Positions 14,490 through 28,879 of a DNA stretch of 64,000 nt are shown piece after piece. This stretch comes from Octopus vulgaris (Eukaryota): contig OX597815.1 of assembly GCA_951406725.2 (NCBI GenBank), positions 87,544,001 to 87,608,000 on the forward strand, read 5' to 3'. The position numbers and the translations under genes are program-made. Each line of letters opens with the position of its first letter. The first letter of the stretch is position 1. The notes below the pieces were generated by a model. The model made no database searches. It saw only the letters and a list, made by a program, of their open reading frames with translations, and was not told the origin of the DNA.

Positions 14490-14829
14490 GTGAATACCAT
14501 ACCAGCACCACATCAGCAATGACGAGATACATCGCTGAACTGACGCCCATCCACTCCATGATGTTGTCACTGAGTGCTGCTTGTGATCTGCAGGCCATGT
14601 CCTCCGATTACCATCATCACGGCATGCAAGAACCGCCATTCTGTAAAAGCCACCACATGGCAAGAGAAAACAAGGGTGACCAAAAGTGACTTGGCGCTGC
14701 ACCTTCATCAATGACCTCAAAGCCATTGACATTTCATAGGATGAAGCTGAAATCGCTGCGGCTGACCAACCATGTTGGAGAAGCCTTTCCACCCAATGTG
14801 CCACACGGCGCAGGAGGACCTAAGACTAA
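14490..14829 (+). mobile_element. 5'-truncated RTE LINE (different family) with 11-bp TSD
   Basis: TSD tttgaagcatt at 14479-14489 and 14830-14840; HISNDEI, AGHVLRL, GKRKQG.PKVTW motifs; taagactaa tail. Confidence 0.85.
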
Positions 14830-15769
14830 TTTGAAGCATTATTGTTTATTTATGAAAATTTAATGGTCTTTGTTTTTGCATTGGCTTTCTCTTATTTTGA
14901 TTTCTGTTTATATTTTCTTTATGATGTTATGAAAGCAGCAACAGTTATATTTGAATCAATTTTCAGTGTACTATTTATTTTATGTCTTTAAAGATCATAC
15001 ATTTTTCTAGTTAAATATGATTTAACTTTTTCTCATTATTTTGATGATGGTCTTTTTTTTTTATAGAACAGTCATCTCTGCATTTTTTTTCTTTGGCTTT
15101 CCATGACATTATTATTATTGAATGGTTGGGTCGACTTTATTTTCATCATTCTTGGGTTGATAAAATAAGATATCAGTCAAGTACTGTGGTCAGTACCATC
15201 CCCAAAAATATAGCTTTGGCCTAAGTTAGAAATTATTGTTTCCATTAAGATGGTAAGAGTGAGAATTAGTAAAGTGCTAAACAATAAACCTCAGATTTAC
15301 ATTCCTTTTTGTTTTATGTTAAAATCCTATTGAAGTGATATTTATTTGTTTTTCTTCCTTCTAGGGTAGATAAAATATCATCATTAGCATCATTATTTAA
15401 TGTCCCTTTTCTATGCCAGTATGGGTTGGACTAAATGTACCTGTCGAATAATAGAATTAACCTTATCAATTGCAACATCCCACAAAATATTTGGTGAAAT
15501 CATTCAATAGTCAGATGAAACTCAATGCAATAAAATATATATCATCTAGTTTAGCTGCACACATCCTCAGTAATCATACTGCCAGAAAGACACTGTGATG
15601 GTGATAGTTTGGTTAACAATATTATCCAAGAGTGAAAACAGAAAGCTGGCAGAATTGTTAGCATGCTGGACAAAATGCTTAGCAGCATTTCGTCTGCCTT
15701 TCTCTGGCCTTGTATCAAAATTTAAAACCAATATTATCCAAGAGTTCATCCTTTATCTCAAAACCATAA

Positions 15770-16110
15770 TACAGGTGGAAGTGGGGGTACTGATTAGTAT
15801 AAAAGGAAAGTTACAATGTCACAGTTACTCATGAACGTACCAGTAAAGAGGATGAATTTGTATTTGTTGGTATAAGGATTGACAAGCAACACTTTGAGAC
15901 TGCATGCTACTCCAAATTTCCTAGTCAGAATCTCATCAATGGTTTCATCAAGTGATTTGAAGGAAGCCATAGTTCCTAATATCATGATGACACAGAGCTT
16001 TAACTTTCCCGGTATCAGCTGGGAAAAGGTCTTCATTGAATCAGATGCATACCTAAAACAAGGATTCCTGCATCTGATTATCAGGATTTGTCTTCAAACA
16101 AGTTGGGAAT
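15770..16110 (+). mobile_element. Decayed LINE endonuclease remnant
   Basis: GVLISIK and IMMTQSFNFPGISW resemble APE motifs GGVLIAVK and GDFNFPDINW. Confidence 0.5.
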
Positions 16111-16695
16111 TTTTCTACCTATGACAACGAAAACCTGGACCATGTAGCTGTCTCTGAACAAACCCCTTTGTCTGATATCTAACTCCTTAACTAAATGGAC
16201 TAAAGAGAGAATTAGAAAACCTGAAAGAAACCATACATGTATATATGTATTAGAACTAAATAAATATACCCAAAGTATTTGGACAAAAATTCTAAACTGC
16301 ATTTTTCAGTATCATTTCAACTTACTTTTCTACCAACACTGTTAATGACCTTAGAAAGGCTATGGGTATACAAACTACCAATCCAAAACATAAGAAAAAT
16401 AGGCAGACTGATTGACTAACATATATATCAGGCTTGACTAATATACAATATATAAAATAAAGTTTAATACTTCAAAATATGTGTCATGACAACAGCTAGC
16501 CTTCCGGAATTCACCTACCCCTATTAAGTCAATACTGTGCCCTAGACAAAGTTTGAACACTGAGGTCTATATAATCAACTTACTCCCCCTGAAATTGCTG
16601 GCCTTGTGCCAAAATTGAATGCTCGTGTTATTGTTGTTGTTATTGTTTTACTGTTATTGTTATTATTTTATTATACCAGGTTTTAGCCCATAAAC

Positions 16696-16878
16696 ATGGA
16701 TACATGCTTACTAATTCTTTGTGGTCTGCCTGCCTGTGGTAAAACAACTTTGGCTAAAAGACTGAAAGCATCACCAGAGTTCAAAAGCATCTATCATGTT
16801 GTTCATCTTTCATATGATGACTTAATGCCAGACAATATTACTGCTCTCCTGACAGAAAAGCCCAACTTAGTGCAACAG
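16696..16878 (+). CDS. PSTK: PSTK (L-seryl-tRNA(Sec) kinase) coding exon 1
   Basis: ATG at 16696; MDTCLLILCGLPACGKTTLAKRL has the N-terminal P-loop GLPxxGKT of PSTK/KTI12-type kinases, then the YDDLMP motif; donor CAG|GTAAAA at 16878, phase 0; acceptor ttataccAG at 16678-79 precedes the ATG. Confidence 0.92.
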
Positions 16879-17599
16879 GTAAAAATTTTGAATGTTGATG
16901 TCTCAGTACATTAGATAAACTATTCTTTGTAGAGTGTCCCAAACTTACTGAGATCGTTTCTTTCAAACCTACACTTGCAAGACAGCAAATTAATGAAATA
17001 AATTTTATATATTCTTGACGTTGCTATTGTATTGCATAATTAGGACTGACCAAACAAGAATTAAATCTTTTCTGTCAAAGACATATAAATATCACGAAAT
17101 GATATCTGATATACAGGTAATATGACCAAAGTGATAATATAAATTCATTAAGGCAATTATATTGACTTTCTCCAATCATTATTTTTATTAGTATATTCTC
17201 TAACCCTCCTCAGGTGCCATATTTTAATGTTCACAAACACACATTCACATTCATAAACCTTTATTATGTAACTGAAACTACTGATATATCCATTTGGCAG
17301 TGAAGTGGCAGAAGTTATAGAGCACCTGACAAAATACCTTTAGGTGTTTGGGGAATTTAAATACTGCAAGGTTTGACTTTTATCTATTATGGTTTGATTG
17401 CAAAAGTACCTGTTGTGTGTGTGTGCGTGTGTTTATATATGTCTGACTCCCACCACCACTTGGCAACTGGTGTTGGTGTGTTTACATCCCTGTAACTTAG
17501 TGGTTCAGCAAAAGAAACCAATAGAATAAATACCAGGCTTTATAAAAAAAAATAAGTTTAACTAAAATATATATATATATATATACATACATGCATATT

Positions 17600-18120
17600 A
17601 CTTGCTGAATCTGCAAGAAGAGGCAGTGTCTCTGATCTCTGCTGGCCCTCTGAGACCAAGGAGCTTGATGCCATTAATGTCATGTTTAAACTGTTTCAGA
17701 TCAACACTTGCAGGGAGAAGTTTCCATAGGAAAGATGATCTGAGAAGGAAGGCATGGGCATGATGGTTAGTTGTGAGGTTTGCAGTAAGAGTGATGAGAG
17801 GGAAAGAGACAAGTGTAGGTACAAAAACAGTAGCTCTGAGGAATAGGAACCATTATAGTTATGAAAAGAGAACAGATGAGTATTTATGAGTCAGAAGCTG
17901 ATAGTGATTTAATTCCAATAAGTCAAGTGGCCCTCTTCTAGATGCAGTCTGTATGCATAGCAGTGACATCATTCTAAGTGTGGAAGCAATATTACATTTG
18001 GGGCCTGTTTTCAGCTTTATAGAAAGTGTTAACAATTCTTGAGGGCTGAAGCATTTTCTGGCTCTAAAGAGATAGACCATTGTGTTATGGTTGTCCTTTT
18101 GCCAGGAGAGAATCTTATAC
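17600..18120 (-). mobile_element. Decayed Jockey/CR1-group LINE C-terminal remnant (PSTK intron 1)
   Basis: LFRARKCFSPQELLTL resembles the post-RT segment of these LINEs. Confidence 0.55.
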
Positions 18121-18342
18121 TCTCCCCAACAAGTTTTGGTGATGTGCCAATCTAAGAAATTACTATGTAGTTCAAGAAGTCTCCTCTGGGATATCAGAGA
18201 ATTAGAAAAGTGTAATTGTTGTTGTTAGAATGGTAAGCTGGTAGAATTATTAGGCTAGGCTGTCAGACAAAATGCCTTGAGGTAGCTACACTTTTTTTAG
18301 TACAATCCTGCCTTGGTTGACTTTATCTTTAATCCTTCAAAT

Positions 18343-19734
18343 AGGCATGGCTGTGTGGCTAAGACGTTTGCTGTACAACCTCATGGTTCTGTAGACAATA
18401 CTTCTGTGTTAACCTAGAGAATCTTCTACCATAGCCCTGTGAATGGTAATAGGTGTACAGAAACTGCTGAAACTCATCATGCGTGCATACATACATAAAT
18501 ACATACATGTGTGTGTGTGCATATAACAACATTTGGTAAACAAAATAGTATCAGATAAATACTGGGGTACTCTCTTAGGGAAGTACCAGTGTATGACTGG
18601 ATGATACAAGCATGACAAATTGTTCTTTAGCCCCAGATTACCACTAAATAATCTTGATTCATGGTCAAATATTTTCCAGCCATGACCATATATGTAGGAT
18701 TACATATCAAATGTCTCCTATGTGTCTTCCTTTTTCTTTCTTTATTTTTTTTTAGGGAAATAGGGCATCATTTAAAAGAGGTGTGACTGTTACTTCGTGC
18801 AAATTGAGTGGTCATGTAGAGGTTCTCTTGTAGACTCAAGGAATGAAAACACAAGCAGGAAGGAAATTCTAAAGTATTGCAAATCTAGAAAAAGGAGGAT
18901 TGGTAAAAATATATTGGATACACAGTTTAAAGCACTTGTCTATCAAATGGGCAAAAACTGCTGTAGTTAGAGTAGTAGATGGTGGTGGTGGTAGTGATGG
19001 TTGTGAGATGATAACGATGTAGTTGTTTAGTCCTATGCCTCAGTCCCGACTGAGCAGATATATGATCAAAGGAATTTCAGTCATGTCCTTCCCACCCTTT
19101 TTGTATATCACTGTCCAATGTATTTATCCTTATTTCAGACATCAGGGGTTCATTGTCGGGAGAGTTTGCTGCTACTTCTAGAGGAGGGACAACTATAGAG
19201 AGGCTCTGTAGCTTCAATAGAAATTTTGGAAGGAGACAGCTTATCAACAAAACAGTGGTTGTAAATTGTTGCCTGTTCAGTGCTTAACTTTATTTTGCTG
19301 ACCTAAAATGTGCTTTGGTGGGTGCAGCACTCCAGATATTGAAACGTCTACATGATTACGTTGAAGACACTTTTTCTTTTCCACTTAGAAAAGATAAAAA
19401 TGTTACAGCTTTGCTTTTTATGTCTTTTCCTACAAAACTTTCTTAGTCTTTCTAACTAGTGGGGTCCACTGAAGTATACTGTTCCCCATAAACTATCAAT
19501 ATAAAAACAATATACTGTGATGCACAGGCGTGGCTGTGTGGCTAAGACGTTTGCTGTACAACCTCATGGTTCTGTAGACAATACTTCTGTGTTAACCTAG
19601 AGGATCTTCTACCATAGCCCTGTGAATGGTAATAGGTGTACAGAAACTGCTGAAACTCATCATGCGTGCATACATACATAAATACATTCATGTGTGTGTG
19701 TGCATATTTGGTAAACAAAATAGCATCAGATAAA
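18343..19734 (+). repeat. Local direct duplication of ~210 bp (18343-18559 and 19526-19734)
   Basis: Near-identical copies differing by a few substitutions and one short indel. Confidence 0.9.
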
Positions 19735-20628
19735 GTGTCTTGCTATATTCTGGCTGAGTTATCCTCCTTTACGCCAGGAATGATTTGTCTTTCATACCAT
19801 ACAAGATCAAGGAAATAAACACCAGATAAAATACTGGTGCATCTGAGAGCTTAGCCATAGGCTAGTGATGGAAACTACTAAACTACTAAAAGAACACCAC
19901 CACCACACACGCACGCACACACACACTCACACACACACACACAGCCATTTTCCTCAATACTATCCCCCACTCAGTTGAGGGGTCTTGTCTTGCAAGTTGC
20001 TTGATGTCCTCGCTGGTGCCACATAAAAAGCACCCAGTACACACTGTAAAATGATTGGCATTAGGAAGAGCATCTAATCTTAGAAACCATGCCAAAGAAG
20101 ACAGCAGAGCTTGGCACAGTCCTCTGGCTCACCATCTCCTGTCAAGTCATCCAGCCAAGCAGCATGAAAAATAGATATTAAATGATGATGATATGTGTTG
20201 GATGTAAACACCCTGGAATACTGGTAAGCTTCCAGTAAACTGACCTTGTAATGTAAGTTTGATTCCTGGTGAGTCAATTCTATCTGTTATTCACAACTTG
20301 AGGTAAGATGAGCTCTACCAAGTTCATTTGCTCTTGACACACAACATTAAAATGATGGTTTTGGTAGTAGTTACATAATAATTATTGACCATGAGCTTCA
20401 CAATTTTCAGGTTTAAATTAAAGACTGACTGCCTATTTTCACCACTAGTCTATATTATTTAATGGCTGTACAGTATTTAGATTTTTAAAAAGTATGTTTA
20501 TATAAGGTATTCCTCCTTTTTAGAGAAATAAAAGCATGTTTGCCACCGCTAAAAGATTGAAAAGCACTTCTCTTGCTTGTTACTTTATTCCTTTTATGTT
20601 TCAAATTATGATTATTTCTTCATTACAG

Positions 20629-20869
20629 GGAGCTGCAAATTGGAAGAAATATCGGGAAGATATAGTACTTTGTGTTGAGAATATTCTCAAAACTTTCCCA
20701 AATGGTAAAGCAGAAATCCCTGTTAATGTGTGCCCTGATCTATGGGCTAAAATAAACAATAGCTTCATGCAGGACATGAAAAAAGAAGAATTTCACTTGT
20801 TGGTTATCATAGATGATAATATGTATTATCAAGGAATGCGATATCCTTTCTATCAGTTAGCCAGAAAGT
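20629..20869 (+). CDS. PSTK: PSTK coding exon 2
   Basis: Acceptor cattacAG, donor T|GTAAGT; GAANWKKYRE...LLVIIDDNMYYQGMRYPFYQLARK matches the PSTK DDNxYYxSMRYxxYQLARK motif; phase 0 to 1. Confidence 0.95.
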
Positions 20870-21629
20870 GTAAGTATCACACAATTTTTGTAACTCTTCA
20901 TCATTGGAGTGATATAAATTCGTCTATGCTTGTTATGAATAACTTATATATTTTGATCTATTAACTGACTAAATTTTAACTTTACTATATTGTTGTGATC
21001 TTGAGCAAGGTACATAACTTTTCTTTACTTTGTAGGGATGCTATGGTGGTGGTCTCTTATTTTAAAAGTAAATGGTTGTCAGTAAGAAAACAAGAATAGC
21101 TAGTTGTTAAAAAATATATTGATCAGAAAATATGCAGATATCCAAATTTATAGAAAACCATTCTACTCATGCTAGCATAGAAAAAAAAATAATGATAATA
21201 ATAAATTTATTGAATTTCTGCTTTTCTTTATATTTTATTTTCTATGTGGTATTCCATTGATGAGAGATGCTTATTTTATTACAACCTGTCAGTGTTTTTA
21301 CCCATATCTAAGAGGTTGCTTTCTTTTATCCTATCTGTATCTGCTACAACTCTTGTTGATTTACTTCCTTCAGATGGAATTTGTTTTTTTGTTTTACAAC
21401 AGTTTTTGCATGTTAGCATTGTTGGATATAAACAAATTATCAAGGTGTTATTTTATCTTCTTGTCTCTAATGCTTGCCTGTTTTAAAACTTTAATACTGT
21501 AAATATTCTCTAAAAGTGTAAATGTATCTTACCTTATTTAGACAATAACTCACTGTGTAGTGTCAATTTTCTTCCTCCATCTCTCTCTCTCTCTCTCTCC
21601 CTCCTTCTCTCTCATTCACACACATACAT

Positions 21630-22125
21630 TTCAGATTACATCTACCAAAAATCAAATCAAACCTTCTGCTATCTGAACGCCTTGCTTCCCCGATGTCTGC
21701 CAACTGACTTGGTAAACACCCACAAAATTATTAACTATCGTACCAACAACCACCTTGAGCATCTTTGTGAGCTCCATGTTTCTAACACATGTGGGCATGC
21801 CTACAAAGTCAGAAAAGAGCACAACTCTCATGACGTTCAGAAATATTTTTTCACACTTGTTTTCACAGTTGCTGAAGCATAGAACAAACTACCTGCATCA
21901 TTTGTTAGTTGCCGTGACATTGCATCCTTTAAAACCTCCATGTTTCCTGAAATTCGCCTACACTACACCTGATGTTCCCCCTCCATATGCATGCACACAT
22001 GTATATCATGACTCATACACTGTTCACTTTCCTGACTTTTGTACATAATTCTATGTACTCAACATGCACCTTTGATGAGTTATAGTGCACCTGAGCACTA
22101 AACACAATAATTTCATTATTGTTAT
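21630..22125 (+). mobile_element. CR1-type LINE 3' end
   Basis: DLVNTHKIIN...SNTCGHAYKVRK...YFFT...EA*NKLP resembles the CR1 C-terminal TRGHxxK/WNxLP motifs; ATT-rich tail. Confidence 0.8.
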
Positions 22126-25100
22126 TGTCTAAGTTTTCATTTCCTAACATTTCACAACCAATACTTTTCTTTTTAGGACATGTTGTGCATTGTCATTTGC
22201 ACTGTGTTTTTCTTCTCCCTTAGCACCATATCATTGCGAACCTGCTCTCATTCTGTTTATGCGTATTCAACTTCATAGAGATACCAAACTAATTCCCTTA
22301 AATTAAAATCCCTAGATACACAAAAATAAGTGCTGGTTATGGCTAACCTGTGTTTGCTCATAGGTCTGATTGGTCAGTAATTTTCTTTTCCAGGACTCGA
22401 TCAAACTTAACAAACTTATCTTCTGTACTGGGGGTTTATTTTCATCCTCTCTTTCTAAGCACCCTGTTAATTATGAAGTGTCTACACATTTGCATGGTCT
22501 GCTAGAAATAGCTGCTAAAACTTCTTAAAACCTTGCTTTATCATTTTTTAATGGAAAAAAAAAAAGATACATTGGATAATGTAGTCATAAGTATAGTATG
22601 TCTGCAATGAAAGCAAAAAGAAAAAAAAGAAACTGGGATAATGGCACTTGAAACACCTTTCATCATAGTTCTACTTAATCAAGTCCAACCTGAAGGTAAA
22701 TAACAACAACAGCTTCTCCACTTCCTTTGTTCTTTTCTCTTTTCATTTTGGTTAACAGCATTTTAATGTTTCCTCTTGCCACACAATGACATGGTTTGGG
22801 CAAATTTACATGACAGCATTGTTTAATATCATGAAAGTAGTAAGAGATATTTTGACCACCGATACTAACCTCATATTCCATTAAAGATTGATTTCTTTTG
22901 ACTGCACATGGCACAGTGCCAAATTTTATTTGTAGAAGAGATAGAATGTTGACTGAATTGACTTTGATATATTATTGTTGTTTTTCTACTACTACTATAC
23001 TTCTACGGTGAGGTGGCAGAGTAGTTAGGGCTTGACTAAATGTCTTACAATATTTTGTTATGTTCATGTGAACTCTGTGTTCAAATCCCATTGGAGCCAG
23101 CTTTGTATCTCATCTCCCTGGGTATGATAAAAAAAAAACAAAAAACAAATGTCAACCATGTTTGGGGAATAATACAACTGACTACAACCATCCCCTAAAA
23201 ATACTGAGGCCTTGTGTCCATATTAGGAATTATGGTCATTATCATCCTCATCATTATGACAGTAGATTGGCAGAATCCTTAGAACATCGAAGAAAATGCT
23301 TTGTGATGTTTCTTGCAGATCTTTATTTTCTGAGTTCAAATCTCACTGAGGTCAACTTTGCTTTTCATCCTTTCAGGCTCAACAAAAATAAAGTACAAGT
23401 CAAGTACTGGGGTTGTTGGTATTGATTAATCCCCTCCCCTCAAAATTGCTAACCTTGTCCCTTAATTAGTAACGCTGCCCCCCCCCCTACCATTTATATT
23501 TGCATTTATTTTTGTTAGTACGTTATACCTTGTATACTGTTTCCTTTCTTAAATCATTTCATTCTGTGTACATCCCCACACTTTGTCTTTGTATTGCCAT
23601 CACCCATCACTCTGATAACAAATAAAAGAAATTATTATTATTATTATGGTGGCAAGCTGGCAGAATTGTTAGCATGCCAGACAAAATGCCTTGTGGAATT
23701 TTGTCGGTCTTTATGTTCTGTGTTCAAATTCTATCGAGGTCAACTTGGCCATTCATCATTTCAGGTTCAATGAAATAAATACCAGAAGCAATGGGGTTAA
23801 TGTAATCAACTAGCCACTCACCCAAAATTTCAGGCTTATACCTATAGTCAAAAACATTCTACTAGCAGTATTGAAAGTGGTCCACTTTCAGTACAGCTAG
23901 TATATAATTTATTTATAGTAATAAGAATTTGTAAATATGAACAACCTATTGGACATACCAAATATAAGGTGTCTATAACCCATAATGTATTAATATAATT
24001 TATTTACATAATAGTTTTCAGTCTATAATGGATCTTAGCTACTAATGTCACTGAAAATATTTTAGGTTCCTGATAGCAAATCTATGTGTATGTATGAATA
24101 ATGTATTTTAACAAAGCCTTCAAAGAAATGACGATGAAGGCAAATAAAATTAGCATAATCAGTGCCTTAATTTGGACAAGTGTGTTTTATCATCCATTCA
24201 TTTCAGTTATGTGTTGTCTGTCTTTTCATTTAAAAGATAATGCAAATTTTACAAGAAATACTGGGGTAGTTACAATAAATATTATTACTATGAGGAAAGC
24301 AAAATGCAGGCCCTTATCAAGGAAGAAAAAAGAGAGCTCTATATAGTTTAGTTGAAATATAAGGTAAAATACGCTACAGGGTCATTGATTTAAATTAAAG
24401 AGACCAAAAGGAGGGCTGAGAATTAACTTAGCAAGAACGACAGGCCAAGACTGTGTATAGGTGATTGAGTCATGCACTTTCTTATGAGAAAAGATTTGAA
24501 TAAACGTTGTCAATACTTGTAAGGTCCAAAGTTACAGATATTAAGGTTCAATCTCCCTTTTACTCATTAGAAAGTGTGTAACCTATACATAGTTTAGCCC
24601 TCTCAATCTTGCTAAGTTGAACCTGAATCTTCTATTCAGTCTCTTTAACTTAAACCAACACAGATTCTTAATTATTTCCTTTAATTTAGGAGTTTATTTG
24701 ACAGAATTCCTTCTCTGGATAACATACTCTATCACTGGTAAATTCCCACGAGAAGATATGAATTCTGCATCACAAGCCAATGAAACATTTTTCTCTTTTA
24801 CAATGTTATGCTTCTTTAAAGAAGTTAATTGCAATATCCTACAAATAACCTGCTAGAAATAGCACTTAAATTTCCCTAATATTTTACTCTGCCATCACAG
24901 CAATGTCACATTAGATAATGTATTCCTTAAAACCAGGATGGTCATAGCTAGGATGCTTTTTATCATAGTTCTATTTCATCAGAACTGACCTGGTGTTATA
25001 AAGAGAAAAGAAAAATCTACTTAGAACTTGAGAGATACTCTGTCTCTCTCATTGCTCATCTTATTAGAGATAGAAAACAAATCTTTAAAACATATTCTAC

Positions 25101-26944
25101 AGTTTTAAAAGATTTTAGATGACAACCTGACAACATCACCATCCAAAATGGTCTTGAAGCCATCTAATGAGGACTCCATTCAGAAGGCTGTAATATCATT
25201 TGATAAAGGAACATGGTATAATGAATTCATATAACAAGGCTGTAACTTTAAATACCTTTACTCAAGGTCTCAAACATATACAATTGAACAATAAAGGAAA
25301 GAGTTTGATGAATGAAGGTCATGTTCATCTTCTCTATACTACTTCATGTCTGCTAGTTGGCATGTGTTGTAAGAGAGCCAACTAGATCATGTCTTTGCTC
25401 TCCAACGTCTAGATGACAAAAGAGGAAGTCGCAAGGCCTTGTATCAGAATCCCACCGCTGTTGGCGGCATCTAGCACGAGCTTGTTTTAACCTGCTGTCA
25501 AGGGAGGTAACTGCACTTACAAGATGATACATTAGATAATGTAGCCCTGGGTACTCAATTCCTGAAAAAAGATAGGATACTCAGCTGGGACAACTTTGAG
25601 TGTTAATCTGTCTGATCAGAGTTGACTTTAGTCAACAACAACTTATTTTAAACTAAGTGAACCTCAGCTGTTTTGCATTAAGTATTTTGAATGCAGAAAC
25701 AATGTTGTAATTGTGATAATTTTCATCTCATTCATAAAGTAGACATAAATATATTGGATGTAATAAGACATTTTAATCAATTACAATCTCTTAGCTTACT
25801 ACATCAAGTTTGCTAGTGCTCACTTTACTGTTAAGTTTACATGTCACAAACATCCCTGGGTATATTGTTCCTGGCCATTTTCATCTCATTGCCAGTAAAA
25901 ACCCTCAAAATGCCACACAATTTCTAACAATGTCACGTGACAGCCCCACATGTAAATCTACATCATAAAACTGAATCAGGAATTACTTTACCCTTGATCA
26001 GTTGCTGACCTCTGGTAAGAGCCACACTGGAGTATTTCTCACATCTAGTGCTGCTGTTGCACAGCCATCCTAAACCACATTTGAAAGAAAGACATTTGAC
26101 TGATTAACAATGATTCATTCATTAATGTGCTTACAATCTCTAGTTTGAAGACTTTCTTCCAATGACTCCCATACCTCTCAACTAGTTAGCTATATACTAC
26201 CCACACCCACTTTTCCACTCACCTATCCTCCTTCCAACACCCTTTTGGTCTCTTACCTTCTAGACTATGTACTGAACAGTTCACCCAGTCCTTCTTACCC
26301 AGAAATGTAATCCCCTGGAATTCCTTGCTACCACCAACACCAGTTGTTAGATATTCAATCAGAACATCAGTTTCGATTGTCTGAGAGAATCTGTTTTTAA
26401 AATGCATGAATTTGTCTATTCATGAGCCTACAGACTTGCCATAATAACACATTGAGCTGAGTAAACACCTGAAGAGCATGATGGAAAAAATGTGTACAAT
26501 GGTTCCAGTGGAGTGAAGTGGCTCCTATTAGAAATCAAAGCTAGGTTATGTATCTAAATCAACAGAAGTTCAACAAATGATTTACTGATCTAGCTACAGC
26601 TGTGTTATTGTTCACTGCTCTATTATTTCAGCTATCCCCAGTCCATGTCACTGTGAGGAAAGAACAAACAGCTACAATGTTGAAAATGATGTCAATGATT
26701 ACTTTCCTTTTCTTCCCTTGTGACCATCTCTGCCTTTCTCTTCTTTTTGATCATGGTATTTTAGTATTATTATAGCTATCTATGTTAGGAAGGTAAACAA
26801 GTACTACTCCAACGTCATAGTTGAATAGTTAGTGATAGGTAAAACATTCAGCTGTAAAATCCTCTAATATAAACCTCGCCCTATAGAAAAACTGATTTAA
26901 AACAGTAAATAAAATTAAGTATTATTCATTTTCTTTTGTTTTAG

Positions 26945-27137
26945 ATAGTATTGGGTTTTGTCAAGTTTATCTTGAATGCAACATAGAATTGGCATTGAAA
27001 AGGAACAATCATAGGCCAAACCCCATACCTGAGGAAGTGATTCACACAATGGCTTCAAAGTTTGAACCACCATCACCATCTGAAAGAAATTGGGAAGTTC
27101 ATTCTCTGTACATCAAGGATCAGACTATTTGTTGTTT
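26945..27137 (+). CDS. PSTK: PSTK coding exon 3
   Basis: Not in the ORF track. Acceptor ttttgttttAG, donor TT|GTAAGT; (Y)SIGFCQVYLECNIELALKRNNHRPNPIPEEVIHTMASKFEPPSPSERNWEVHS contains the RNxxR lid and WE motif; phase 1 to 2. Confidence 0.93.
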
Positions 27138-27886
27138 GTAAGTTGATATCTGTCGTTGTGTCATATATGTGTGTCAGCTACATATTTGAACATTTGTAAA
27201 TATGTTAATGGGTTAAAATCTATTTATTGCAAGCATTCTTAGCCAGTGGAGGTCTTTACATGGTCACTCAACCTGCTAGAAAGAGCAGCCAAATCTCCTC
27301 TAAAAAGATGAGAATGCATTTAATAATATAGTCTTAGACATCCCATTAAAAGAGAAAAAGACCCAACCTAGAATGATAACATCTAGAATGCTTTTGAACA
27401 TAGATCTGCTTGATCAAGAATAACCTGGAGCTTTGCAACAACTGCTGGTATTTTGTGCAATATTTTGAAAGAGAGATATTTATCCCTTATCTGTTTAACA
27501 TTATGAAACTGGTGTTGAACACCAAAGGCATTAATACTCTTTGAAAGTTTTTACATATGTTTTTTTTTATATAATATTTTCCTGTGAATTCTAACAAGTT
27601 AAAGCTTAATATAGTCTCTAACTGTAATCACCTGACTGTACAAATAGGCAAAGTAAGCAATATATCTTGCTTGGATCAATGACTTATGCAAGATTTGATT
27701 TTGTGATACAATCATATGTGATTAAGAGTATTCTAGATTTAAAAATAATTCTGTTAGCATCACTCATTGTTAAATGAATAAAAAGTGATTACTTTTTTTT
27801 TTTTTTCTTTTTTTGCTAATATCTCATTTATCTTCTCTCTATAAAAATGATTATCCCTCTCCTATTCTCACTTTTTTTTCATCCAG

Positions 27887-28053
27887 AGATGATGTGTTGG
27901 CTTTGGTTGACAATGCCAGACAAAACAAAGCAGCACCACTTTCAGATAACGTGGAACTTCGGCAGATAAGTCGTGTTAAATGTTCCATTAGCACTTTACA
28001 TCAGGCAGACCAAATTCTGCGAAAGCTGGTTTCAGGGAAAATGTCTGATTTAG
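27887..28053 (+). CDS. PSTK: PSTK coding exon 4
   Basis: Acceptor ttttcatccAG, donor G|GTGAGT; DDVLALVDNA...CSISTLHQADQILRKLVS matches the PSTK C-terminal HQADQxLR motif; phase 2 to 1. Confidence 0.92.
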
Positions 28054-28802
28054 GTGAGTATTTCTAAACGTTTTTTTTTTCCATTTCTCATGTTTAATCA
28101 GATAAAACAGGTTTTTAAAAATTTAGTTATTTATAAATCATCTTCCTGTCATTAATTGTCATTAATTTTAATTTCTATTTGTTTAGCTTTTGGGGATGAA
28201 TGTCTTAAAACTGATGTTTGTTTTATCTATCATGACTTTAACCACATGTTCTATTAGTTCTTTGTATATTGCCACATAAAAAGCATTGGTGTGGCTGCTG
28301 GTGCCATGTAAAAAACACTGGTGATGGTGTCACATAAAAGTCACCCCGTACATTTTGTAAAGTGGCCAGCATTAGGGCAGGCACCCAGCTGTAGAAACCA
28401 AGTCAAAACAGACTATGGAACCTGATGCTGCCCCTGCTCTTGCCAATTCCTGTCAAGCCATCTAACCCATGCCAGCATGGAAAATGGACATTAATTGTTG
28501 ATGTTGCTAATGTTAAATCTGCTAACACTGATGTCAGTCATTCTCATCATTAATGTCGCTGTAAGATATAGCTCCTGTCAGCTTTTGCTTGAGCAAATCT
28601 ATGGCAAAATTAGCCTATCACATACTGAGAGGAATGGTATCTTGGAATTTAGAGTTCAAAGCTTCTTACTTGTTCAAAAAATCATGGCAGTGAAGACATG
28701 GAGTGAAATGTAAGTTCATGGTGTTGGTTTTCAAAAGTGATGTGACTTCATAAAAGGTTGCTCATTGACTCATATACATGGAAAATATAGAATAAATATA
28801 GA

Positions 28803-28836
<34 letters not shown>

Positions 28837-28879
28837 TAAGATGTTTCCATTAATTTTATTATATATTTTTTCTTCTCAG

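Noticed and set aside
20536-20964. Stand-alone 142-aa gene
   Set aside because: Only 20629-20869 is exonic (PSTK exon 2); flanks are intron read-through
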